IMG/VR virus record: IMGVR_UViG_3300045141_000130
Coordinates: 9,358 to 73,357 of that record
Length of the DNA stretch: 64,000 nucleotides
Origin: a virus
Direction: 5' to 3' (one strand)
In this document: in pieces, positions 31,949 to 41,226 of the stretch
Layout of the letters: each line of letters opens with the position of its first letter
How positions within the stretch are numbered: the stretch's first letter is position 1
The notes under the pieces: model-generated
The model's input: only the letters and a program-made list of their open reading frames with translations
Databases searched by the model: none
Told to the model about the DNA's origin: nothing
Program-made: the position numbers and the translations under genes

Positions 31949-32368
31949 TCAAAACGGGATGTCGTCGAATGTGTGGACGGGCTTCGGGGGCTCTTTGAGC
32001 ATCGTCGCAGCCCAGGGAAGTGGCGGGGGGACGCCGCACTGGTGGGCGGCGAGCACGTCCACGCCGGGGCTGGCACCCGCGGGGCGTTCCTTGCGCCGCC
32101 ACTGGTCACGGCTGTCCAGGTCGTAGTGGGGGTGCAGGTGTCGCAGTTCGTAGGTGGCACGCCCCATGAGCAGGCACACGGCCTCGGCTGCCGCCGTCAG
32201 CGGCCAGGGGTCCACGTCCACCGAGATGGCCATGGGGAAGGCGGTGAGCCCGCGCAGGACTGGTTTGCGGCAGCCGGTGCAGGTGCGTGCCGCGGTGTTG
32301 CGGGAGGCCGCTGTGGCCGCGTCGATCCAGCCCGCCTGGTCGAGGCGGTCCACGAGCCATTGCGGCAT
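31949..32368 (-). CDS. Zn-binding hypothetical protein ending in an SSB-like tail (FDDIPF)
   Basis: CTGC..HQC ligands. C-terminus HTFDDIPF. Start uncertain. Confidence 0.6.
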   Translation of the reverse strand: MPQWLVDRLDQAGWIDAATAASRNTAARTCTGCRKPVLRGLTAFPMAISVDVDPWPLTAAAEAVCLLMGRATYELRHLHPHYDLDSRDQWRRKERPAGASPGVDVLAAHQCGVPPPLPWAATMLKEPPKPVHTFDDIPF

Positions 32369-32481
32369 TTCTTGTGATTCACGATTCTTGTTGAATGCGG
32401 CGGACAACTGGACGCTCCTAACGAGTCGGATGAGGCCATTTCGTGGTGCCCGCCATTTGTCCGGCGGTTTGGCCCGGGGCA

Positions 32482-34935
32482 CTATTCCTCCGCTGCGGGG
32501 TCGATGACCTCACCGGTGTCGGCGTTGATGAGGTGACCCTCGTCGTCGATGGTGACGTTGTCGTAGGTCCGCTGGCCCGCTTCTGAGGCGAGGTCAGGCC
32601 CTTCAAGATCATCAAACAGACCCCCGGGACCTCGCCTCTCGCCTCTCGACGAAGTCGAGGTTAGGCGAGGTGGGCGAGAAGACCCTCCGGCGACCTCGCC
32701 CGGCGAGGTCGAGGCGAGGTCAGGCGAGGTAGGCGAGGTGGTCCTGCCACTGAAGGGATCTATCCGGTATGCCCGGATCGAGGTGTGCTCGATGGAGCGC
32801 CCGACACGCTCCTGACCGATGTAGCCCTCGATGACCAGCCGGTCGATGGCATCGCGTTTGGTGTCGGTGGCAGCACCCCGGACCGCCCTTTCTATGGCCG
32901 CACCGGATACCGGTCCATCCATTCTTTCGAGGAACTCGGAAATGGCCTGCATCAATGGCTGCAGGGCCGGGTCGGTGCCGCGCACCGGTATGCGGGTGGC
33001 CGGTTCGATGCGGATGGTGACGTGGCCGGTGACGGGGTCGGAGTTGAGGTGTGCGGTGCCCAGGACGCTGGTGCCCGGCGGGCAGTGGCCACGGACCACA
33101 CCGGAGCGGTCCTTGTCGACGGTCAGTTGCACCTCGCCGTGCTGACCCTCCCCGAACACCCGTTCCACTTTGACCTTGATGGCACAGCCGGTGGTCATGG
33201 CCCTCTTGGCCTGGGCGCCGATGGCACCGGCCAGGTCGTTGTCCGCCTTGGGCAGGTGGTCGACGTAGGACACGGCCGCCCCGGTGCGGGCGATGGGCTT
33301 GAGGATCTTCTGGCTGAACATGGTGGCGTCCTTGTTGGACAGCAGGTCCCAGCCGTTGAGCGTCATACAGGCGTTCACACCGTCCATCACGACCAGCTGT
33401 GGCCGGAAGTCGCCGAGCATCTCGGCGAGCATCCGCTCGGCGACGGCGTCGAAGGCCCGGTCCGGGTTGATGTAGGCGATGCCCGACCAGATCTGCTCCC
33501 TGGTCAGGCCCAGGTGGACCAGGCGCCCGGTGATGCCACGCCAGCCGTCCTCGAAGTCGACGTAGGCGACGGGTATCCCGGCCTCGACGGCCTGCCTGAC
33601 GCCTTCGAGCATGATCCAGGTCTTGGCCGATTCGGAGGCTCCGATGATGCCGTTGACCCTGCCCGGATAGAACAGGGCCAGGCCGTTGGTGAGGCGGAGG
33701 AACTCGGGTGGCGGCTCGGAGATGTCGCCCTGCAGGAGGCTCTGAAGGTCGGCCCGGGCCCAGCTGTCAGGCTCCGCGACCTCGCCTGGGACTTCAGGCG
33801 AGGTCGGGCGAGGTTGGGTGGTGGTTGTGGCTGTATTCGCAGCTAGGAGCATTGCGATGACCTCGCCTGTCGGGTCAGGCGAGGTCGAGGCGAGGTCAGG
33901 CGAGGTCGAGTCGACCACCCGTTGGGTTCGTGGTGGCACCCGCAGCGTGGCGATGACAGGTGGGCAGGGGTCGCCCTCGGTCATGGTGATCTCGGGGTTG
34001 CCTGCGACGATGCGCACCGCACCGGTGACGATGCGGCCCCACTCGCTGCTGGCCTCGCGCAGGGTGCGGGAGTTGTCCCCGACGACGTTGCGGATGAAGC
34101 TGGCCCGCAGCCTGTCCAGGGCGACGCTGGTGCCGGTGTGCCCCTGCTCCCCGAAGCGGATGACGGCCAGCACCTGGTTACGGGTGGTGTCGTGGCGTGA
34201 GTCGCCGTGGGTGGTGATGGCCTGGACCGCCCTGGCCGTCCACTCGGCCATGAACGTGCACATGGCGGTGTTGTGGTTGGGCAGCTGCCCGATCCACGTC
34301 CAGGACTGGTCGTTGTCAAGGTCGGCCCTGGCCTGCGCGACGTGCTGGCCCAGGGACAGGCCGATGATCCATTCCACCGGCAGCGGCGGCATGTCGGCGG
34401 GGCCGGGGATGGTGGTGGAGGTCAGGCCCTCCCGGGTGATCCAGCGGTAGGGCCGCTGCTCCGGGTGCAGCGAGGGTGCCACCACCGCGTACCGGTGTCC
34501 GCGATGGACGAGTTCGACACCACCGCCGGGCAGCACACCCGGCCATTCGAGGCCTGGCGGCACCCGGAAGAACCGGATGCCAGAGATGCCATCGTCACGG
34601 CTGGTGGACCGCCAGGTGGGTGGCAGGACCCCCCACTTGGCCTCACACTCCTCCAACGTCAACCGGCCGCGCTTGTCGCCGTAGGAGTCCACGTCGATGC
34701 CGAGCACGTCGGGGGGCATGCGCAGTCCCACGTTGGAGTGGGGGCGGTCCTCGGTCCAGGCCATGACATCGGCGTAGCTGGGCTCGTCGCCCTCCCAGCC
34801 GGTCCAGCCTTCCGGTGGTGGGCTCTTGCGCCCGAACGGCAGGGGCAGGATGCCCCGCCACCCGGCGGTCCAGTACTGCTCGGCGGCTGACTCGTAGGGG
34901 CGTGCTGCCGGTTGGTCGGCGGTCGGTTTGGTCAT
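32482..34935 (-). CDS. Bifunctional primase/polymerase (Prim-Pol) fused to an AAA/RepA-type helicase
   Basis: NVGLRM..GIDVD, YAVVAPSLHP..YRW (Prim-Pol). GASESAKT Walker A variant, VAYVDFED, LVVMDG, GAQAKRA. C-terminal winged helix. Confidence 0.88.
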   Translation of the reverse strand: MTKPTADQPAARPYESAAEQYWTAGWRGILPLPFGRKSPPPEGWTGWEGDEPSYADVMAWTEDRPHSNVGLRMPPDVLGIDVDSYGDKRGRLTLEECEAKWGVLPPTWRSTSRDDGISGIRFFRVPPGLEWPGVLPGGGVELVHRGHRYAVVAPSLHPEQRPYRWITREGLTSTTIPGPADMPPLPVEWIIGLSLGQHVAQARADLDNDQSWTWIGQLPNHNTAMCTFMAEWTARAVQAITTHGDSRHDTTRNQVLAVIRFGEQGHTGTSVALDRLRASFIRNVVGDNSRTLREASSEWGRIVTGAVRIVAGNPEITMTEGDPCPPVIATLRVPPRTQRVVDSTSPDLASTSPDPTGEVIAMLLAANTATTTTQPRPTSPEVPGEVAEPDSWARADLQSLLQGDISEPPPEFLRLTNGLALFYPGRVNGIIGASESAKTWIMLEGVRQAVEAGIPVAYVDFEDGWRGITGRLVHLGLTREQIWSGIAYINPDRAFDAVAERMLAEMLGDFRPQLVVMDGVNACMTLNGWDLLSNKDATMFSQKILKPIARTGAAVSYVDHLPKADNDLAGAIGAQAKRAMTTGCAIKVKVERVFGEGQHGEVQLTVDKDRSGVVRGHCPPGTSVLGTAHLNSDPVTGHVTIRIEPATRIPVRGTDPALQPLMQAISEFLERMDGPVSGAAIERAVRGAATDTKRDAIDRLVIEGYIGQERVGRSIEHTSIRAYRIDPFSGRTTSPTSPDLASTSPGEVAGGSSRPPRLTSTSSRGERRGPGGLFDDLEGPDLASEAGQRTYDNVTIDDEGHLINADTGEVIDPAAEE
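32587..32739. repeat. GGCGAGGT iteron-like cluster 1 (8 copies, 2 inverted)
   Basis: Copies at 32587, 32664, 32702, 32713, 32723 and 32732. Inverted copies at 32629 and 32693. Confidence 0.8.
33779..33906. repeat. GGCGAGGT iteron-like cluster 2 (7 copies, 2 inverted)
   Basis: Copies at 33797, 33807, 33878, 33889 and 33899. Inverted copies at 33779 and 33860. The 29 bp at 33878-33906 are identical to 32702-32730. Confidence 0.8.
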
Positions 34936-35154
34936 GTCAGGGGGATCCGATGTTCGATGGCGTGCCGCCGGGGTGGAGCGGGCCCTCGACGGCGGAAACC
35001 CTCATCCTCATCCCCGAAACCGTCGGTGGCAACCGACGGACGGGTGACTACAGATGGGTCAAGGTGTAGGCGATGCCGAGTCCCAGACAGATGCAGGCCG
35101 TGCAGAGCAGCACCCACAGGGCTGCCTGCACGGCCCGCCCCCGCCAGGGGGGCA

Positions 35155-35865
35155 CTACTGGGGGATGGAGCGCACCGCTGCCAGCACGTCCGGCGTGGCC
35201 TGCGGCACCGCCGCCCTGATCTGTGCGTCGTCCAGGCCCAGCCCGATCAGGCCCTTGATCTGGGTGAGCAGCGCCATCGCCTGGTCGTTGGGCACCGGCG
35301 CCGGGGTGGCCGTCGGCTGGAGTGCGCTAGCTGTAGCGAACGGTGCAGCCGGGGTAGACGCGGTAACCCCGGCGTTCGGAGGGTCCGACACCGCGGGTGC
35401 AGCAGCCGCCACGGCGTGGCCGTTGCTGGTGTTCTGCTGTACCGAGAACGGGTCGTGCGGGGCGATCTTGACGGCGTACTGCTTGGCCGGGTTGAGCCGC
35501 GGGTTGGTCTCGTTGGGCCGCTCGCCGACGAAGCTGATGGTGATGGTGTCGCCGATGGCCATCCGCTGGCCGTTGTCGCCCTGGGCGGAGACCACCGCTG
35601 CGAACAGCGAGGACGGCTTGGGGCACCACACGGAGCGCTCCTCGCCGTTGATCTCGACGTGGAACACGGCGGTCATCATCGGGTTGCCGTCCGGCCAGAA
35701 CTTCAACTCGTTGGACTCGAAGTCCCGCTGCTGCACCAGGCTGGGCAGCCGCACCACCTTGCCGACGTAGGTGGTGCCGATGGGGGCGTCCCGGAAGGAC
35801 AGCGACGGCACGCTCGGCGGCACGTCGAACGGGTCGGGGGGCAGCGTGGTGTTGGGACTGGTCAT
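35155..35865 (-). CDS. ssDNA-binding protein-like (actinophage type)
   Basis: Start MTSPNTT after GGAGGA. QQRDFES..KFWPDGNPM..GDTITISFVGE..PAKQYAV pattern with an Ala/Pro-rich tail. Sits between the exonuclease and primase. Confidence 0.6.
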   Translation of the reverse strand: MTSPNTTLPPDPFDVPPSVPSLSFRDAPIGTTYVGKVVRLPSLVQQRDFESNELKFWPDGNPMMTAVFHVEINGEERSVWCPKPSSLFAAVVSAQGDNGQRMAIGDTITISFVGERPNETNPRLNPAKQYAVKIAPHDPFSVQQNTSNGHAVAAAAPAVSDPPNAGVTASTPAAPFATASALQPTATPAPVPNDQAMALLTQIKGLIGLGLDDAQIRAAVPQATPDVLAAVRSIPQ

Positions 35866-35887
35866 GGTCTGTGTTCCTCCCACGGAA

Positions 35888-36625
35888 CTAGAACGAGAGC
35901 GCGAACGGATTGTCCGCGCTCGCCACCCGGGGCTGTCCCGGGCGGATCTTGCTGGGGTCGTGGCAGGTGCGGCACCACTCGTCGTCGCACGGCGGGTAGG
36001 CCTCCATCGCCGCCTTCGCCCCCAAGGTCTGGGCCTGCCGCAGCAGGCCGTCGGCTCGCAGCAGGGCGAGCAGGCCGAGCAGCGGTTCGTACGGTGCGGA
36101 CCAGGAGAAGCCGTCGTGCAACTCCCCGTCCCGCGGCAGGAACTCGATCATCACCCGTTTGACGGTGTAGCCGAGGGTGGCATATCCGAGTCCGTACAGC
36201 TGGGCCTGGGTGATGTACTTGGCGCCCGGTCCGAACCGCTTGTGCTTGTTCATGGTGGTCTTGCCCTTGGACTTCCAGTCGACGACCGTGCCCGAGGGGA
36301 TGTGGAACAGGTCGCACCGTCCGACGATGGGCTCGCCGCCGATGTAGCCGACCATCACGTCCTTCTCGGTGATGAAGTCCGGGTCGTTGAACATGGGTTC
36401 CAGGTCGGCATGGATCGCAGTCCCCACCTCTGCTTTCCAGTTTGGTTTCTCCGGCTTCTGGGGCGTGTTCGTCAGCCTGGCGATCAGGGCCCGGTTGCAG
36501 GGGTCCCCGACCTCCGATGGGCCTATCGCCTTCTGCACGTCGCGGGGCCGGGACTTGACGAAGTGCCCGATCCGCCCGATCAGTAGCTCGTGCAGGTCTA
36601 GCCCCTGCGGCGCAGGACTATCCAT
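35888..36625 (-). CDS. Cas4-like PD-(D/E)XK exonuclease
   Basis: Start MDSPAPQ after GGGGGAG. IGPSEVGDPC, GTAIH, GRCDLF, VVDWKS, QAQLYGLG, C-terminal CDDEWCRTC. Confidence 0.85.
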   Translation of the reverse strand: MDSPAPQGLDLHELLIGRIGHFVKSRPRDVQKAIGPSEVGDPCNRALIARLTNTPQKPEKPNWKAEVGTAIHADLEPMFNDPDFITEKDVMVGYIGGEPIVGRCDLFHIPSGTVVDWKSKGKTTMNKHKRFGPGAKYITQAQLYGLGYATLGYTVKRVMIEFLPRDGELHDGFSWSAPYEPLLGLLALLRADGLLRQAQTLGAKAAMEAYPPCDDEWCRTCHDPSKIRPGQPRVASADNPFALSF

Positions 36626-36918
36626 GTCGTCTCCCCCTTCTGGCACCGCGAGGCGATCCTCTCGGTGAGCCACTCTGCCGCAGCGGGCAGACAGACCGGC
36701 AATGCGAACAGCCGGGCCGCCTCCCACTCGGTGTCCGCCGTCAAGGTTTTGACGATGTAGAAGTCGGCCCGCTTCGGCCAGTCCTTCTCGCTGTCGTGGA
36801 CGGACAGGGTGGCCCGGCCCGGGATGCATTCCCGCACCATGGGCGGCACGGAGGCCTTGGGCCCCCACACGCTGACCCGGCCCAGTTTCAGGTCGACGGA
36901 CGGCTGGTAGCTGGGCAT
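36598..36918 (-). CDS. Hypothetical protein
   Basis: Start MPSYQPS overlapping the upstream TGA. Confidence 0.5.
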   Translation of the reverse strand: MPSYQPSVDLKLGRVSVWGPKASVPPMVRECIPGRATLSVHDSEKDWPKRADFYIVKTLTADTEWEAARLFALPVCLPAAAEWLTERIASRCQKGETTWIVLRRRG

Positions 36919-37337
36919 CAGATGGTCCCGAGCGCACCGAAGTTGGGCATCATGGGCTCGCCTGATGCCTTGCCCCACAGGTGCAGGGCGTCGGCCCGGA
37001 GGTTGACGTGCTCGTCCTCCGGTGCGAACACCTGGTAGGCCCAGCGCCGCCGCCCGTACACGGCCCGGTGCAGCAGGCACAGGTCCTCGTAGGTGGGTAT
37101 GCCTGGCAGGCTGATGCTGGCGTGCAGGTACTCGGTGGGGTCGCCCAAGGCGTCGGACTGGGACACGATGATGGAGCCCATCCGCCCGTCGGGCATCATC
37201 ACGGTCAGCGCGATCCCGGACGGGCCGTAGTTCAGACGCTGGCGGATCTTCACCCCCGCAGCGGCCAACTCGTCGAAGAAGCTGTGGTTGAGGGCGAAGG
37301 GCAGGACCGGGGTGACCGCGGCCTTACCTTTGGTCAT
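36918..37337 (-). CDS. Conserved phage hypothetical protein
   Basis: AAGGAG RBS. YLHASIS..PTYEDL..EHVNL..ALHLW pattern. Confidence 0.65.
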   Translation of the reverse strand: MTKGKAAVTPVLPFALNHSFFDELAAAGVKIRQRLNYGPSGIALTVMMPDGRMGSIIVSQSDALGDPTEYLHASISLPGIPTYEDLCLLHRAVYGRRRWAYQVFAPEDEHVNLRADALHLWGKASGEPMMPNFGALGTI

Positions 37338-37549
37338 CGGGTCTCCTTGTGGATGTAGGGGCCGGTGAGGTCCCGCCAGGTGGTCTGCGGGACGTAGTCG
37401 GCCGGGTAGCCCCACACGTCGTGGTCGCTGTAGTCCTCGACGGCCGGGGTCTGCCGCTCCCCGCAGGTGAGGCACTGGGTGTACTGGTCGAAGGTCTTCC
37501 AGGTGTGGGCCCAGAAGTGCATGCAGAAGCTCTCGCGCTCGACGCTCAT
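37334..37549 (-). CDS. Small Zn-binding hypothetical protein
   Basis: CMHFWAH..CLTC. Coupled ORF. Confidence 0.55.
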   Translation of the reverse strand: MSVERESFCMHFWAHTWKTFDQYTQCLTCGERQTPAVEDYSDHDVWGYPADYVPQTTWRDLTGPYIHKETR

Positions 37550-37869
37550 CCAGCGACCCACACGGCCAGGACGCGGGCGTGACTGGACGGTCGGGCGCAT
37601 TTGGCGTACCCGATGCGACGTATCAGCCGGGCCTTCGCCGCCGCGGAGAACACCGCGCCGACGGCATTGTTCCGGTTGGTGCCCTCGGCGGGACGGGGCA
37701 GCCCGACCAGCCGGACCAGGTCCTCGGAGGTGAACGCCGCCCCGGTGGCGACGAGCGCCACGATCCCGGCCCGGGCGACGTCGGACCAGTCGGGGACGGC
37801 GTTGCGGGCCAGTTCCATCCCCGAATCCTTCAGCGCCTCCCCGTCCGGGTCGAACAGCGGGTAGGTCAC
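37546..37869 (-). CDS. Hypothetical protein (winged-helix-like)
   Basis: FTSEDL..NAVGAVF..LIRRIGY..RPSSHARVLAVW. Confidence 0.6.
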   Translation of the reverse strand: MTYPLFDPDGEALKDSGMELARNAVPDWSDVARAGIVALVATGAAFTSEDLVRLVGLPRPAEGTNRNNAVGAVFSAAAKARLIRRIGYAKCARPSSHARVLAVWVAG

Positions 37870-38150
37870 GTCATCACGCCTTCCATCGCCTCGGCGATCG
37901 GCACCAAGCAGAGGAAGATGCGGTCGACCGCCTCGGTGTAGCTGTCGGGTACCGGGGACAGGGACAGGATCTTCAGGTCGATGAGGGCCTGCAGGACGGC
38001 GTCGCCGACCTTGCGCAGCGCAGCGTTCTCGGCCCGCAGCCGGTCCAGTTCGCTGGGCACCGGGGGTCCGGCACCCAGCGCGTTGACAGCCTGCTGGGCG
38101 CGGGCCGACCGGGTGAAGGCGTCCATGAACTGGTTCAGGTCGTCAGGCAT
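37866..38150 (-). CDS. Hypothetical protein
   Basis: Start MPDDLNQF, coupled. Confidence 0.55.
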   Translation of the reverse strand: MPDDLNQFMDAFTRSARAQQAVNALGAGPPVPSELDRLRAENAALRKVGDAVLQALIDLKILSLSPVPDSYTEAVDRIFLCLVPIAEAMEGVMT

Positions 38151-38521
38151 CAGATGCGCCGCACGACGGGGCGGTCGCCCGCCACCAGGCACAGTTCGAC
38201 CAGGGCGCCGGGCAGCAGCGCATCGGCCTGCTTGCGGTCGGGCACCATGACGCTGATGGCCTGCAGTTGCGCGGGGGTGAGCACCTTGCGGGCCTGGTTG
38301 ACGTCCCAACGCCGGGCCGGGCGGGACACGGTGACGCCGACGCCTTTCACGACCTCGTGGCGTCCGCCGGGGCCGAGGATGCTGGCGATCTCGCCTGCGA
38401 TCTCGCGCTTGCGGTCCTCGTACTTCTCCAGCGCGGACGAGACGTCCAGGTATTCGTTGACGATGTCGTCGAGCAGTTGCCTGTGGGCGCGCTCGGCGAG
38501 TTGTTCGACGGTCTCGGTCAT
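38150..38521 (-). CDS. Hypothetical protein
   Basis: 123 aa, AAGGAG RBS. Confidence 0.65.
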   Translation of the reverse strand: MTETVEQLAERAHRQLLDDIVNEYLDVSSALEKYEDRKREIAGEIASILGPGGRHEVVKGVGVTVSRPARRWDVNQARKVLTPAQLQAISVMVPDRKQADALLPGALVELCLVAGDRPVVRRI

Positions 38522-38712
38522 GATGTGGGCTCCTTGAAGGCGTCGTAGGTGCCGTTGGATCGGATGAGGTGTTCGATGGCGTCGACGATGGCCAGCAGGG
38601 CGTTGACCTGGGCGCGGGCCATCATGATCTGGATGACTGCCGTGCTGGCGGTCATCCGGGTGGAGTCCATCTCCATCTGGGCGAGGGTGTAGTGGTCCTC
38701 GGGGTCGGTCAT
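38518..38712 (-). CDS. Hypothetical protein
   Basis: Start MTDPEDHY after AGGGAG. Confidence 0.55.
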   Translation of the reverse strand: MTDPEDHYTLAQMEMDSTRMTASTAVIQIMMARAQVNALLAIVDAIEHLIRSNGTYDAFKEPTS

Positions 38713-38924
38713 CGGTCTGACTCCCTGTGTCGGGTTTGGGCGTTGATGTGGACGAGCACGTCGTGCCAGCCCGCCATCGCCCGGTAACGGCGGCGCCGTC
38801 GATGCCAAATCTTCATACGTGAAAGCCACGACATTGGGTTATCCTTTCCTCGGAGCGCAGTGGCACTTAGGCCCCGCAGTGGTATGAGCCCGACCGGTTT
38901 CATCCGATGGATCGGTCACCGGCC

Positions 38925-39125
38925 TCACTGGGGGGCCTTCGTGTTTTCGCGGTACTCCCACACCTGGGGGGCGGACAGCAGAAACGGCCCGGTCGCCGTG
39001 TCGAGCGGCTTCCAGGCCGTGAGTGTCCCTCGGTGGATGAGTCTGCGGACGGTTTGCGTGCTGCAGCCCAGGAGGACGGATGCCTGCTGCACCGTCATCG
39101 TGGACTTCGGGGGGGAGTGAGTCAT
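38925..39125 (-). CDS. Excisionase-type helix-turn-helix DNA-binding protein
   Basis: MTVQQASVLLGCSTQTVRRLIHRGTLTA, an HTH_17-like pattern. Confidence 0.8.
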   Translation of the reverse strand: MTHSPPKSTMTVQQASVLLGCSTQTVRRLIHRGTLTAWKPLDTATGPFLLSAPQVWEYRENTKAPQ

Positions 39126-39185
39126 CCGTCGAGGCTATATATATGTGTTGCAGCTGCGACAGCCCCGAACGGGTGATTTTGAGGA

Positions 39186-39722
39186 CTACCCCTCGCGCTC
39201 CTTCGCAGCAGCCTGCAACTGCTTGACGTACTCGACCGGGTCCGCACTGATCACCAGCGTCTCGCGGGTGATGACCGTGTCGCCGTCCGTCAGCCGCTGC
39301 ACCCGCTCCAGCTGCTGCAAGGTGCGCAGCAACACCGCGGCTGCCTTCTCGTCATGGCCCTTGGTGCCCAACTCCCACCACTCGTTGAGGATCACCTCGT
39401 AGCGGTCCACCTGCATCTGCAGGGCCTCCGCCAGGTGGGTGACCGAGGCGTTGCGGGCCGCCTTCTGCAGGTAGGTGGACACCGCCATGGCCGCCGAGTT
39501 GCCGCTGCCGTAGCCGGTCTTCTTCGCCACCTCCGGCCAGGCCACCCCCGCCATGCGCAGCTTGTAGGCCTCGAACGGGGCGTCGAACGGCGCGTCGCCG
39601 TTCAGGCCCGCCATCTTGTCGCGGTCCGCGTCGCTGATCTCCCGGCCCTTCGCCGAGATCGCCACCGGTCCCACCGTGGCGATCGGCTCCACGCCCCGCT
39701 TCCCGGCGCCTACCCGAGCCAT
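39186..39722 (-). CDS. HTH protein, terminase small subunit-like
   Basis: Start MARVGAG. AYKLRMAGVAWPEVAKKTGY HTH, followed by QVDRYEVIL..W..G.D.KAAAVLLR..LERVQRL. Confidence 0.55.
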   Translation of the reverse strand: MARVGAGKRGVEPIATVGPVAISAKGREISDADRDKMAGLNGDAPFDAPFEAYKLRMAGVAWPEVAKKTGYGSGNSAAMAVSTYLQKAARNASVTHLAEALQMQVDRYEVILNEWWELGTKGHDEKAAAVLLRTLQQLERVQRLTDGDTVITRETLVISADPVEYVKQLQAAAKEREG

Positions 39723-40252
39723 CTGTCCACCAGGTCGGTGATCCGCACGCCGGTGGCGATCTGGAGGCGCATCTTCTCCCGCTGCTTGCCGCTGGTGCCG
39801 CCCCACACCCCGTAGCGCATGTCGTGCTCCAAGGCGTACGTCAGGCACTCCAGGTCCACCGGGCACACGGCGCACACCCGGCGGGCCGTCTCCACCGCCA
39901 CGATCAGGTCCTCCGGCGCCTGCCGGTCCTCCGTCCCGAAGAACAGCGGCTCCGACAGGTCCAGCGGCAACTTGCGGCACAACGCCCGGCCATGCCAGGA
40001 CGCCTGGGAGTACCGGGACCGTGGGGCCGGAGGGTCCGCGTCAGGAAGGTCCGGCAGGTCGGCCGCTGTATCGACACTCCCAGGCGTCGACCAGTGACGG
40101 TATCGGATCGTCCACACCCCGAGCGCGATCTGCACCCGGTCCCCGGGGCTGTCACCCTCGGGTGGTGCCGACAGCCATCGCATGTCGACCGACACGTCAA
40201 GCACCGGACCCGGGTGGAATGCGACAGGGTCCGCGCCGAGGGTGGCGAGCAT
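39710..40252 (-). CDS. whiB: WhiB family transcription factor (N-terminally extended)
   Basis: WHGRALC..LFF..ARRVCAVCPVDLECL..YGVWGGTS: four Cys plus GVWGG. Confidence 0.9.
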   Translation of the reverse strand: MLATLGADPVAFHPGPVLDVSVDMRWLSAPPEGDSPGDRVQIALGVWTIRYRHWSTPGSVDTAADLPDLPDADPPAPRSRYSQASWHGRALCRKLPLDLSEPLFFGTEDRQAPEDLIVAVETARRVCAVCPVDLECLTYALEHDMRYGVWGGTSGKQREKMRLQIATGVRITDLVDRWLG

Positions 40253-40263
40253 CGAGGGTTCCC

Positions 40264-40515
40264 CTAACGGGTAGCCCGAAGCGTGATGGTTCCCTCGGCG
40301 TCCCGCCAGGCCATCAGGTCCGGCTGATCCACCACCGCGCTGTCGGAGACCTGAATCTCATTGCTGTGCGAAAGCTGCTGGACCATCTCCACCAGAACGG
40401 CGAGGACTTGGATAGTCACTGCGTACTCGACTTCCAGGTCGCACAACCGCTCAACGCTTTTGAGTAGCTGGTCGTCACGCTTCACTAGACGTGAGGGTAA
40501 CGGATTGATGATCAA
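40264..40515 (-). CDS. Hypothetical protein
   Basis: 83-aa ORF between coupled genes. Confidence 0.5.
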   Translation of the reverse strand: MIINPLPSRLVKRDDQLLKSVERLCDLEVEYAVTIQVLAVLVEMVQQLSHSNEIQVSDSAVVDQPDLMAWRDAEGTITLRATR

Positions 40516-40522
40516 TCAGGCG

Positions 40523-41008
40523 CTACGCCTCCGAACCTTTCGCCAACTCGGCGACCCGGCGGGCCTTCCCCTCGTCCAGTTCGGCCTCCACGGCAACGGC
40601 CATGTCGAGCAGCCGCACCGACTTCTCGACCTTCCCCGCCTCCGCGTACTCCTTGCCCCGCTTCCGGTAGTCGCGCACCCGCCCCGCCAGGCGACGGCGG
40701 TGCTGCAACTCCGATGCCGTGAACATCCGCTGGCGACCCCGCAGTCCGCCCTCCCGTCGTGTGGTGAGGAACTGACGGATGTGCTCGACGCGATCCGGTG
40801 TGTACAGCAGTATCTCGACGTCCTCGTAGCTGGCCCGGTGGGTGGCCCCCAGGTTGTCCTCGGGGTAGGTCTTGGCGAGGTAGGACAGCATCGACAGGGT
40901 GATGCCGAGGCTCTCGGCCACCTCATATCGCAGGAAGAAGGGGTGTTCCAGCGATCTGACCCACTGGACCATGGGGTGGTCGGCGTACGGGGACCCTAAT
41001 CTGGGCAT
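40523..41008 (-). CDS. Hypothetical HTH-like protein, first gene of the leftward arm
   Basis: AAGGAG upstream. FLRYEVAESLGITLSML HTH-like pattern. Confidence 0.6.
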   Translation of the reverse strand: MPRLGSPYADHPMVQWVRSLEHPFFLRYEVAESLGITLSMLSYLAKTYPEDNLGATHRASYEDVEILLYTPDRVEHIRQFLTTRREGGLRGRQRMFTASELQHRRRLAGRVRDYRKRGKEYAEAGKVEKSVRLLDMAVAVEAELDEGKARRVAELAKGSEA

Positions 41009-41051
41009 TCCTGAGACTCCTTGTCTCCCAACGGGTCTGGCGACCCGAACG

Positions 41052-41081
41052 TTGCATTACTGCACAAAAGGATGCTACAAT
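41052..41081 (+). promoter_or_regulatory. SigA-like promoter of the rightward accessory arm
   Basis: TTGCAT-N18-TACAAT with a TGn extended -10, at the strand switch. Confidence 0.7.
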
Positions 41082-41226
41082 AGAGATATGCGTTGCGGCG
41101 TGCCCAAAAACAGGGCCGCCGGGGCCCACGGAGCAGATCTCCGTGGGCCCTTCCCATATCGGGGCGCACACCCACAAGCCGTCCGGCTCACCCCGGGCGG
41201 CTTTCGTGTCTGGAGAGGACACTGCA

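Noticed and set aside
32587-33906. GGCGAGGT repeats as additional GGY-NN guide arrays
   Set aside because: They have 9-11-bp spacing, an invariant sequence and both orientations, lie inside a CDS, and lack the GGTAT-GG-hairpin end.
35888-36625. Cas4-like gene as part of a CRISPR or adaptation module
   Set aside because: It sits in the replication/recombination operon beside the SSB-like and primase genes, as is common in actinophages. Nothing links it to the arrays.
38925-41050. Lysogeny/immunity module at the divergent strand switch
   Set aside because: No integrase, recognisable CI-type repressor, ParAB or att site is visible, so lifestyle cannot be called from this window.
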